Virus record (IMG/VR): IMGVR_UViG_3300027760_000553
Coordinates: 35,583-99,582 of that record
Strand: one strand, 5' to 3'
DNA from: a virus
Lineage: Duplodnaviria; Caudoviricetes
DNA: 64,000 bases
In this document: in pieces, positions 37,401 through 48,400 of the stretch
How the letters are laid out: each line of letters starts with the position of its first letter
How positions within the stretch are numbered: the first letter of the stretch is position 1
Made by a program: the position numbers and the translations under genes
Notes under the pieces: generated by a model
What the model was told of the DNA's origin: nothing
Seen by the model: only the letters and a program-made list of their open reading frames with translations
The model's database searches: none

Positions 37401-38799
37401 TTTTAGTTATATAGTTTTTAATAATACTGTTGTTATTATTTGGATTAAATGCTTGATCGTAGTCAAATAGTTTTAGGGTTCCATTTGATGCAAGCAATTG
37501 ACCAACTGGAAGGCCAGAAGATCCTAAATCAGATGCTGTTTTTGTTATTGAAAAATCAACTGTCTTTCCTGATAAATCTACAACTAATCTTGGTGATAGT
37601 TCAATTAGATCAAAAGTTGAGTCAGCCCTTGTCATTGTATCAACAACAATTCTTAAGCCATTAATATAATCAAACTCTCTATACATTGGCAAACCATCAG
37701 ATGCATTTGAGTACTGAATTGGAGATGTTGTATCTGTAACAAAGTTAGTTAATCTATCTACTGTTTCTTCACTTACATACCAGCCATATGTTGGAACAAA
37801 GGTCTCATACTTATCTGATACCCAAATATGATACGTGCCTAAAGAATCTTCATTTTCTTTAACTAAATATGCATAACCATTTATTGATGTTTCTGGTAAA
37901 GTTGATGTTGTAGCATGTTCTTCTGCTCTAATAAAGGTATCTTGATATTTATCTGGAACAATTAATCCATATGCTAGTTCTACGTATCCATCTGAACCAA
38001 TTATTGGTGTACCATTTTTTCTTCTTGTGCTTGCATCAAATTTCTTTATGTCAACCCAGTTATTATTTTTAAGTGCTTGAATCTTCCATTTAACTGGTGT
38101 CTTTTTATTTGCATCACCATAGAATGGGTCTGAGAATGATTTAGAAGATGTTGAAAATGGCCCAAGGTCAACAGAGCCAATATGTGTTTGCATTTTTACT
38201 ACAACTCTATTTACTGGAATTTTATTTTTATAAACAACAAATGGTGCTGTATCCTCAATGAAGTATTGGCCATTTAAGGTTTTATTTGCAACACCGTACT
38301 CAGAACCATTTTCAGTTCTATAAGATGTCCAATATTTAAAATAATCGCCTTTATCTGGCATATAATATCTTGGTCTTTTTGCCATATCTGAATTAGCATT
38401 GTGAATATATGAGTTTGAAAAATAAGAAGCCTTATTAATACCTGATCTTGGTCTAAACTTATAAAAACAGTTTTCTAGTGAATAGAGAAGTTTAATATAT
38501 TCTTTTCTAGAAGTTAGTAATGTTGGCTGATTGATATCGTCCATTCCACCATCAATTGTTACATCAGCATCTGTTGCTCCATAATAAAACGGGACCTGTG
38601 TATTTTTGTCTTCTCCATCATTAAAACTAGATATAATATTTTTGTATACAGAACTATCTTGTGTTGGTCTATATCTATAGTTGCCAATCTTTTGAATATT
38701 TTCTGGTATGTTCATATTCCACTCAGCAATTACAGCAGAGTTAGTTCTAATAACTGAAGATGTTTGAAGATGATTTTTTAATTCATCATTTTGAAACAT
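34480..38799 (-). CDS. Large minor tail protein (baseplate hub / central fibre-like)
   Basis: 1439 aa, two genes after the tape measure; C-terminal YG...ETPYIQ...A....QLGDVVTI hub-like motifs; ConA-like insert. Confidence 0.7.
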   Translation of the reverse strand: MFQNDELKNHLQTSSVIRTNSAVIAEWNMNIPENIQKIGNYRYRPTQDSSVYKNIISSFNDGEDKNTQVPFYYGATDADVTIDGGMDDINQPTLLTSRKEYIKLLYSLENCFYKFRPRSGINKASYFSNSYIHNANSDMAKRPRYYMPDKGDYFKYWTSYRTENGSEYGVANKTLNGQYFIEDTAPFVVYKNKIPVNRVVVKMQTHIGSVDLGPFSTSSKSFSDPFYGDANKKTPVKWKIQALKNNNWVDIKKFDASTRRKNGTPIIGSDGYVELAYGLIVPDKYQDTFIRAEEHATTSTLPETSINGYAYLVKENEDSLGTYHIWVSDKYETFVPTYGWYVSEETVDRLTNFVTDTTSPIQYSNASDGLPMYREFDYINGLRIVVDTMTRADSTFDLIELSPRLVVDLSGKTVDFSITKTASDLGSSGLPVGQLLASNGTLKLFDYDQAFNPNNNNSIIKNYITKNIQVKFYEIIMNVNGYDYFVPIKTMYTEGFPESNNETRQVSLKLRDLFFYLESINAPQLLVTNVSLSYAVSTLLDSIGFTNYSFKRVDDEVDQIIPYFFIPPDTSVAELLNQLAISTQTAMFFDEYNNFVMMSKNYILPKESERETDFEFYGTKDFIEEGAINNKTTNEKLANIISINSQNNEIFNDGSINYKTRYIQKTYGSIRQASIVDQEKTWIYKPVLLWEVAGDDNTKSINDQANKQSSYVLGAIPLNSDLSDTLPSVSNNIMINNTMDLGEGIYWLSRYNGYFYANGEIIKYDAVQYSVSGIGNVWITSVTDYQNYFSKLSHNGKIYPTGLVRIYSYPNYQTINGITKLKNGEVAKHGRGQFGTSVLKHNAGLNSYWSDNANVRGCSMKSDYLFSLASKTEADAKISLLTLDNLAAGVSNDLATQSNRSGIMKNFLSQYYGTEKDFNKLKTTQTGTIQSSAFILNGPSFTTTQKGIDFISYVHKPLTDSFKHFGTRMRIVGKIENNQNRGQTPIGSDTYFVVTGNSPDQNINISAGSGGLAVMLNPTTNVGYYFEILALTENNVSSYNKSAENLHNVIFYKIKRDSATSDAIPVKLWGGLASITVDDGKFTGQYRMVGEQNPTVYDLAVEYRNIGNSRRFYLYINNKLVATVDDTSPLPVYNNMAMFVRGSARCMFENIYALTNNYSQNTTFALDTPVMSAINDSEIDANESFRKYAMSGIVQSTYLSGINPSQPPQYNMYFEEFGTIMREAAYFNIRYDKAYPALYAKLSPTFNKVKGYTVSGFRAGSYGAEFLIFNATDTALSLDETTGNYLRIQGITFTQESQHQLTMDEYFNKNSDFSNPQLSGSTLLKSPIKYDNDYQDIKVSRITYGKKDFSLETPYIQTQDDANRLMEWIVNKVVKPRKSVSLKVFATPTVQLGDVVTIDYKDKDSVNQISSSNSRFVVYNIEYAKSSGGPDMTVYLSEI

Positions 38800-38800
38800 T

Positions 38801-39454
38801 CTATGCCTCTTCCAGGGTTACTGAGATATCCCAAAAATCATAATTACTTCCGCCACGCTTTTGTACGCTATAAGAAAAATCACTAAAAAACATTTCAACT
38901 AATTGATTATATTGTCCAAGATGTCCATAGTCTGTATCATCTTTTCCAAAATTTGAATATTTATCATATGCTAGATATACCCAAAAAGATCCCTGATGGT
39001 TTTCATACCAATCAAGTAGTTCAACTCCACCAGCACCACCATCAGAAGTATATTCTAAAGAGTTCTTTTCTTTTACTAATGCCTTTCCATTTGATGGATT
39101 AAATTCTGGAGCAAGTGCAAAAGATCTAGAAGGAAGCATACTCCAACTAGTAGAAATTGTCAACTTGTCTGCAACATGATAAGAACGCATTCTGCCATTA
39201 ATCATTCTTTCACGCTTTTCAATTCTGGTTGGTTTAAAATCAATCGGCTGTCTATTATCATCTGAAAGAATTAAAAATTGATTAAATGTGGATTCGTCTG
39301 TTTCTGATCCAGTTGTTGATCCAACCTCATAGCCATTTGGAACATAAACACCATTAACTAGTGTGCCAGAGTTTTCTGACCATAACATTGCTTGTGGTCT
39401 TTGATATTTTCTTCTACCAGACATATAGGCAGCAGCAGTTGGGTTAGTAGCCAT
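38801..39454 (-). CDS. Distal tail (Dit-like) minor tail protein
   Basis: Immediately after the tape measure; RMINGRMRS...K...SW; ends VTLEEA. Confidence 0.65.
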   Translation of the reverse strand: MATNPTAAAYMSGRRKYQRPQAMLWSENSGTLVNGVYVPNGYEVGSTTGSETDESTFNQFLILSDDNRQPIDFKPTRIEKRERMINGRMRSYHVADKLTISTSWSMLPSRSFALAPEFNPSNGKALVKEKNSLEYTSDGGAGGVELLDWYENHQGSFWVYLAYDKYSNFGKDDTDYGHLGQYNQLVEMFFSDFSYSVQKRGGSNYDFWDISVTLEEA

Positions 39455-42400
39455 TATAGTTTATTACCTCTTATCCTCATAGAATCAACCTGCTTAATCT
39501 TAGTCATTACTGTATTTGCAATATCGCTTGGACTTGCATCTGATCTAACATTAACTGTTAACTCATAATTATACACTGAAGAAGATGCATCTGATCCAGA
39601 ATTAATAGCCTTCATTTTATCAATGCCGTGTGTATCTACAGCATATTTACTCATTACAAATTCTCCTGGAGTAAGCATTGCTGGAATAATGTCTGTACCT
39701 ATTACTGGTCCACCTATAGCAAATCGTCTTGGCTTAATTAATCCACCAGAAGAGTCTCTTTCCCAAAACCAATTATTTAGTCTTGCTGAGGCTGCATCTG
39801 CTTTGGCTTGTGCATCTGCTGCTGCGTTTTCTGCTGCAGTACTTCCCTTTTCTCCATCTGAGCCTAAAGAATTATAAAAACCAAGAGAAGATCCGTTTCC
39901 GTCATCTTTACCTTGACCAACCTTTGAACTACTTGAACTACTTGATGAACTTGAACTTGAGCCACCACCAGTTGTAATAGTTGTTATATATCTTGTAATA
40001 TTTTCGGTTATGTTTCTCACTTCATCAATAATGCTTTTAATAGTAATCGAATCGGGAAGGGCATTAATTTTATCTACAATATTTGTCCAAGAACCAGAAG
40101 CACTTGCAGAGTCTTCCTCGATTGCCATCATTGCTTTAACGATATCTTCTTCTAGTGCAGTAGCCATTGCTTCTGCCTTAAGAACCATATCTTCAAAATC
40201 TTGTAGTGTTTTACCAGCAAGATCATCCATACTTGTTAGACTATCAAGAATAAGAAGTAATTCTGCTTCTTGGGAAGCAAGTTCTGCATCTTCTTTTTCT
40301 AATTTATCTAAAATACTTGTTTGCGATGTTAGTGCTGTATTAAGATCTGCAAGTTCTTTTTCATACTTAAGATTTATTGCATCAATTGCAGTTGATCTAT
40401 CTTTTTCATACTGCGTAATTTTTTCTTGTGATGTCTCAATTGCTTTAACAAGTTCAAGTCTCTTAGGGTCTGTTTCAATCTTATAAATTTCTTGGGATAT
40501 TTTATATTGTCTTTCAGCAATTTGATCCTTAGTCATTCCTGACTCTGAACCCTTAAGACCCTTTATCTGATTATCTCTTGCCTGTGTTAAAGCATTTGTA
40601 GTGTCTTCTGCATATGCTGCAGCATTTTGTGATCGCATTTCTTGAGCAGCCTTTGCTGCTGCTGAAATATCTCCCTGTGTAAGAGCATCTGCAAGACCCA
40701 ACTGTGTTTGTTGTTGAGCAATAAGTCTTTGATTTATTTGCTGGGTCTCATTTAAAGCCTTAATTCTTTCATCATAGACTTTGTTTATTTCTTCTTCTTG
40801 ATGATTGATTATAGCAAGATCATTGCTTAACTTGTTTGATTCTGTTTGTTTTTTATCAATTAAATCTGTAAACTCTTTTTTAAGTTTTGATTCATTTGCT
40901 TCAATAGAATCCTTTTCGGTATCAATTAATTTATTATAATATTTATTCTTATCTTCAATTGCCTTGTTCAATTCATCTTCTTTTGCAGAAATGTCTTTTT
41001 GTATTTGATTTGCTCTTGCTTGAACTAGGTTCATTTGGGATCCAAGGCCTTGACGAGCAACTTGAATTTGACTTAAACTCTTTCCGCCACCAGTTATTGC
41101 TGTGCCACCTGTTGCTTTTACAGCAGCCTGATATGCATTTTCTCCCATATTAGGATTTGCTTTTGTGCCATATTTTCTTAATTCAGAAATATTCATTTTT
41201 TCTCTTAGTCTTGCTTTAACACTAAGAACATTCTGTGCTGCAGCAGCACCTTGAGAAATTTTTTCTGGGACTGTTTGAGATGCAAAATTTATATATCCTT
41301 GAATCTTTGCATTCTTTTGAACATTATTAAGTCCATCTACAACATTCTGCAAACTTGCAGGTACCTTTTCAATTCCACTCTTATACATATCCATGGCAGC
41401 GATTGCAGCAGATAATTGATTTGGATCTTTAATCATATCAAGCAAAGCACCAGAAGATAACTTAGGAAGATCTGTTGTCTCCGTCATAAACTTAAGAAGT
41501 TCTCCAACTCTGCCCTTATCTGCCAATTCTTGTTTTGCAGACAACCCTTCTGAGACAATACCATTAATTCTTTCTCTAAGTTCTGCTTGTTTTGCAAGGA
41601 GAGTGTTTGTTTCAAATTCAGCATCGGTAATTCTGCCTGCAGCAAGTTCGGTTACATAGTATTCATCATTAAGAATATTCTGAAGTGTGTGGTTATCAAT
41701 AACAAACTTGTTGTTTGTTTTTGCAAGAGTTGCAATTCTTTCCATAACCTTAGCACGGTCTTTATCATTTGTTATTGATTTAAGTTGTGCTAAATTATAG
41801 TCACCGCCTACGGCTTTAGTTATTCCTGCTTGGGCTGCCTTGCCTGATTCAGATAAAACAACATCCCCAACCTTACCACCCTTAAGAACATTTTTAGGAT
41901 TAAATGGATCAACCACCTTGCCCTTATATGGACCGCTAGTTGCCTTTGTAGCAGTCCTCATATACTTGGCTAATTCTGCAGGATCACCAATCATAGAAGT
42001 TAGGAAATCAATAAACTGTTGGTTTGAACCCTTCTTAAGAAGTTGTTGCTGCATGCCATTAAATACATCACCAATTACACCCTTTACCTTTTTACCGTCT
42101 CCAACTGCTTTAAATAATTCTGCAATCCCCTTTGTGGCATCTAAAGATGCAAGCCTTACCTGCTTAAGTCTTGCAAGAATATCATTTATTGGGTCAGCCT
42201 TCTTTGAACCATTTTTTTGTTCCTGTTCAAGATTACTAGCAGCCTTAGACGCAATATCTTGTTTAACAACCTGCATTGTTCTTTCTGCTGCCATTCTTCC
42301 TTTTTCAGCATCAATCTGTGCTTTTGTAATTCTTCTTGCTCTTGGATTTTTGGTTTTTATACTTGTAATTGCTGCCTGATCATCAATCGTTGAATATATT

Positions 42401-45400
42401 GCAACGTATTCTTGAATTACAGTCTTCTTTGTTTCGTCTGGCAAGTTACCCCATTGATCCCAGATAGCAAGCAGGGCGGTCATATCTTTAGTTTTTGAAT
42501 TTCCATCAGTATTAACAAGAGCAATTGCCTCTTTAGTAATTGGGGTTGGCATTTTTTCAATTTTTTCAAGTTTTTCCTGAAGGTCTATTAGTTTTGTTTC
42601 AGCGTCTTCCGATTCAAAAAATGCCTCTAGGTTAATTTCCTTAGTATCCATCTTTTGCATAAGTGCAATTGTTGATGCAAGTTTGTCAAACTGTGCTGGA
42701 TCCTTTTTCATTAATGCAACAAAAATTTTTCTACTTGTTTTTGGACTTTTAAATGTTCCAAGTTGTAGAAGTAATTGTTGAACTTTTCCTGGGTCCTGCT
42801 TTGTGATTGCCAAATCTAGGTTTCTTTGGATTGCTGCTTGTCCCTTTGCATCTGTTCCAAACATATCAACCATTTGACTTAATGCGTCTGGACCGACAAT
42901 TCCACTTCCTGCTACAGCATTAATCTTTATCTCTAGATCTGTGTTTAACTTTTTGGTTTTTTCTGCAAGAACAACCGATGCCAACTCTTCTGGCCCACCC
43001 TTGTACTTGTCTAATAATTGTGTTCGTGATGCTGTTTTAAGTGCGCTTAGTCCTGGTGTGCTATTTTGTAGTGCACCAACAGCCTTACCTGCGTTATCTA
43101 ATATTGTTTGATTGTTTTTCTTAAAATCTTGTAAACCAGCATCTCTTTTTTCTTCTAATTTACGAATTTTACCTGTTATAACCTCTTGCTTTGAAAGTTC
43201 AGATGTTTGTAACTTTTGTTTTTGTAATATTGCTATCTGATCATCATAGTACTTAGCAAATGAATCTGCCTGAGATTGATTAAACTCAAAAGATTGAGCA
43301 AACGATGAACCTAATGCTGCTCCAATTTTTTCTGGTCCAGTTTCTGTAAACAGAGCAATGTAGTCATCAAAATAATTAGATATAGCCTCTTGAATATCAT
43401 CCTGAGACCCTACATCAAATATTGGAACTCCAGCAGAGGCATAATCTTCTGTGCTCATTGATGTGTTAGAAATTTGTTCTTGCACTAAATTCATTCTTAC
43501 AGTTAGTGGATCTTTAAGTAGATCTACACCACTTGGACCAATAAGTGAAATAATCTCACCACTTATCTGAGAGGTTACAGTTTGATTGTTTAAATTAATT
43601 CCAATTTGACTTGCAACTGAATGGGCTTGTTCTGCACTCATTATTCCATCTGAAACATAAGCAGCAAGTTGCAAAGATATTTTCTTAACAGCATTATTTC
43701 CACCAGTCACCATGTCTTTTGTAAATGACTCTACAATTGATTTACCAGTTTCTGACTCTACAAAGGTTGCACCAAACTGTTGCTTTCCTCTTTCAAATCC
43801 AGTTGTATATCTATCAGATACCGATGTAGATCTCTTTCGTGCATATAGTTCTGAAGCACCGACTTTTCCAGTAAGTTCTCCAATAGACTTCATTTTTTCA
43901 GTTGTTGCAGATGTTGCATCTGTAAATCTTGATATTTTTTCTGCTGCTGATCTATTGGCCTTTTCTGCAAGCAATACAGACCCAGCAAGAGCCAGTACAG
44001 CCGTTCCAGCAGCAACATATGGGTTAGTTAGCATTGGAGCCATACCAGCCAGTGCAGAGGCCCCAAATAGGCCTCCAGTGACCTTAGCGTCGGCCCCCAT
44101 CATCATTGCACCCATTGCAACTCCGCCTAGGGCTGCAGATGTTCCTCCAGAGTATCTTCCTACCTTTTCTTGACGAGCCATTTGCCTTTGTGCTCGCTCT
44201 TGCTTTGCTAGAGCCTTAGAATTTACAACTCTTTCAGAATCAATCTTTGACTGCTCACGCATTCGTAGCGCTTGTGCATTAGCATGTGCCTTTTCTCTTT
44301 CTGCAAGTATAAGCCTTCTTCTATATTGAGATAGTGCTTGATCTATTTCTTTTGCTGACAAGTTATTTCTTAACTTTAACAAACGTGCCTGCTCTTGCAT
44401 AGCATTTGTAATTCTTCCTTGTGCGTTCTTGCTTAATGGAGAATCTGTTCCAAGTCCTTTGAATCTTGGGTCACCTGCGTCACGTCTTACAGCAAATGCT
44501 CTTGCCTGAGATCTTGTTGCAGTTGGCTGCCCACCAGTTTTACTAGCGTTTGGAGTTCTTGTTTCTGTTCCTTTTCCAGTCACTCTGCCAGTTGCAACAG
44601 CAGAAGTGTTTTGTCCTGTGTAAGGTATAAATCTACCAGTCTTTGAATCAAAGTAATACTCAGACTTTCTAACTGTTTCTAGTGCGCCTCGTACTGGTCT
44701 ACCTTTATCATCAAGAACAGATGTATTCATAAACATCTTATTTTCATTCATTCTCTTAAACCAATTAGAGTCTGAAATTCTATCAGACATAATGTTGTCT
44801 GTAAGTCTTGCATTTATGTATGCACTAGAAGATTTACTTAAAAACGATAAGCCTTTTGCTTTAGATGGATCAACTGTCATTAAATCTCTTGCTTTTATTT
44901 CAAGTTCTGCAAGAGCCTTTACATGTTTTTGATTTTGTGGATCAAACGGATGGTTTTCTTCTCTAATAATTGACTGAATTGCAGACTGAAGATTTCTGTT
45001 TTGTGTGCCATCAATTGCAAGAGGGTTTCCATTTTTATTATTCCACTCTAATATTTTTTCAAATCTAGATTTATTTCCTGGGTCGTTTGTTTTAACAAAT
45101 TCATTTATAACTCTATAGTCTGGACCCATTTGACCAAGAGAATATTTTTCTGATTTTGATGCTGGTCTAGACTTTCCTGCTTGTGCATCCTCTAAACTAT
45201 CATACACTCTTACTGCTTGAGCGTGTGAAGCATCAAGTCTAAACATTTTATCAACTGATTCCATTGCAGATTTTCTTACTAATGGAGAGTTAGACTTTAG
45301 GTCTTTTGCTAATTGCGTTTCATTTCCTGCTCCGTCTTTCATATTAGCAAGGAAGTCTGTATACTTTCTAATTGTTTTATCTGACTTAACTCCGCCTGGA

Positions 45401-48400
45401 TTTGCTGCTGCTACTTTTATTTCATCCCAAACTTTTTTTGCTTTTGGATTATTTGCTCCAATATCTCCACCACGCTTTGACTGTCCACCAGAGGTTACAT
45501 TACTTAAAAACTTACTAATATTAAATAGGTTTGATTTTACATACTTTCCAGTTTGTGCATCAGGTGCAATACCGAATCTGTAGTTAAATCTTTCTTGCAT
45601 TCTTTCAAGATTAACTCCATTTGTTCCACCCATGTTTGTCCAAAATGTTTTACTGTTTGGATCATAAATCATTTTTTCCATTAGGCTTTGTCTAAACGCT
45701 GGACCAGTAGACTTCTTCCATCTATCTTTAAATGTTCCATCTAGGTTTGAAGACTCTACTTGCTTATCTGCCCAATCAAAAAACTTTTGCATTTCAACTT
45801 GTGACTGTGATCTTTGTGATACTGAAAGTTCTGGAATAAATCCTGCCATTAATTTTTTAACTGGTGAGCCAGCAGCAGCATGTATTTTTTGGAATGAAGA
45901 CCAATCTGTTTTTTGACCAGCCTCTAGTCGTGCAATCATTGCACTGTAAGGAGCAGCATCTGCAGGAGATAGGTTCATTCCAGCAACAGTTTTTTTAAGT
46001 TTTGGTAGCACCTTTGCAATCTCTGCGCTAATTGCAGAGTTGTACTCTTGTGGTGTCATCTTTTTTGCTATGTCTGCAGTAGATAAAGCAAAATCTTTTC
46101 TTGCTCCACCCTTAACTCCAAGAAGATTAATCATTGCCTGATCTTTCATTGAAGGCATTGCGGATTGAATATCTCTAAATCCAGATGCTCTACTAAATAC
46201 TCCTGCTGGGCCAACGTCTGCTAACGTATTTCCAAAAACATTAGACTTAGACAAATCTTTATCTCCACGAAGAAGAGATGCAACAAGTTGAGTAACCATC
46301 TGCTTCTTTGTAAACTTACCACTTGCTTCTGCTAACTTAGGATCGTATGGTGATTCAAGTACAATTAACTTTCTCTTACCAGTTGCATCTGTTGGGTCTA
46401 ACATTGTCTTGATTGTTTGATTTGGTGCTTTTAATCCGTGTACATCTCTTGCAATTATTGTTGCACGTTGCTCTGCTAATGCTGAGGTTGCATCTACTGC
46501 AGGCTTAACAAATACTACTTCTCCATTTGGTTTTCTATAAATTCCACCAACGTTTGGAATAGGAAAACTTCTTCCAGAGGTTCCTTGAAGCAGTGTTCCA
46601 AAATCTGTTGGGGGAACTTTTCCAAATTGGCTCTTTGTAACTGATTCTGCAATGCGGTCTGCTATTTGTCTTGACTGTGTTACTTGGCCAATAGATTTTG
46701 GCATTCCGACAAACTTTGCTCCTGATTGTAATTCATCAGGCTTTGCATGAAATGATGGTCTTGCTGGTATCTTTCCTGCCATATATCCAGGAGTTTTCCC
46801 TTCCATCATTGCATGTAGGAATCCAATATTTTTTGCAGTTACATCTGCTGGTATAACTGCTTCTCCTGGAGCAAGGAATGCTGGCTGTATATCCCCTGCA
46901 CCTTTTGGACCAGGTACTTGCAAAACTCCTTCTGCATATCGTCTAACTGGTCTACCTTGTCCGCCAGGTAATTTTGCAACTGCTGCACCAGCACCTGGTG
47001 ATGCAAATAGTCCAGGGGAAGATGTTGCAAGGGCTCTGGCTTGTGAGGCTGCATTTGCATATGAGTTTGCTAATTTTTGAAGTGCAACATTTTCAACATT
47101 AAATACTTGAATAAGTCTTTCATGAGATCCGTGTAGAGCATTTGATGATGCAACATTCTCAATTTCTTGCTGTGTTAGATAGTCAAATCCGCCACCAAGC
47201 ATTTTATTTTGTCCATTAAGTTTTGCAATTCCACCTCTGATGGTTGCAAACAATTTAATTAGGTTTGCAAGACCATTAGCAAGCAAACCAAATGTCATTA
47301 AAAATATTGGACCAATTCCAGCAACCACTGCTGTAAGTATTGTTACAAACTTTTTAGTTCCATCAGATAGATCATTAAACTTTTCAAACAGTTTACCAAT
47401 AAACTTAACAACTGGTGTTAATGCTTCTAGAAATTGTTTTCCTATTGGCATAATAGTTTGCTTGAATTGTTCTACTGCTGCTTGAAACTTAACTCCAACG
47501 GCATCTTCAATCTTGCCCATTTCTCGCTCAGAGATAATTGCTAACTCTTCAAGTGAAGCACCCGATAGTTGCAGTGCTCTTGAGGCTTGGCTTCCTTCTT
47601 TTACTACGTTTTGAAATAATGTTGATATTCTTGAAAACTGAAACTTACCAAATAATTGCTCAATTGCTCTTGCACGGTTTAGTGGATCTAACTCATCCAG
47701 TGCTCTTGCAAATCCAACAACAGTGCCCTTTAGATCCCCTTTATTTGCTTCAACAACACCCTTGATATTAATTCCCATTTCAGCAAGCATCTCTGAAGTT
47801 TTCTTTGTTGGGTTAATCATAGAAGCAAGACCAGACTTTAGAGCATTTGCACCTTCTGATGCATTAATTCCACCTTCTTTCATTGCAGTCATGAAAAAGG
47901 CTAGGTCTTCTACATTTCCACCAAGTTGCTTTACAACTGGTGCTGCTTTAGGAATTGCAATTGTTAAATCTTCAATAGAAAGGACTGTTTGGTTTTCAAC
48001 TGCGTTAAGGAAATCAATTTTCTTTGCAAGGTCTTCTGAAGAAATTCCAAAAGCATTTTGTAAAGATATAGTTGTTTCAAGCGCTTGCTGCTGTTCAACT
48101 TGACCAAGGACTGCAAGTTTGTTGGCTTGTTTTACCTGTGCATCTAATGCTGTGCCTGAAAAACCTGCTGCTGCAGCGGTTGCTGCCATATCCATTGTAT
48201 CTTTGACAGCAATACCAAACTTGGTATATTCCATACCAATTCGTTTAATATTTTCAACTGCGATGTCTGTTGTTCTACTATCAGTAAAAGCATCTCCATA
48301 TACACGTTTGAACTTTACGGTTGCTGCTTCCATCTCTTTAAATGCCCGTGCAGCATATGAACCAAGCATTCCAAGTGGAATAGTAAGTCCAACCATCAAC

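Noticed and set aside
39920-39975. Short tandem DNA repeat (tgaact units)
   Set aside because: Encodes a poly-Ser linker in the TMP C-terminus; no evidence of an origin or regulatory role
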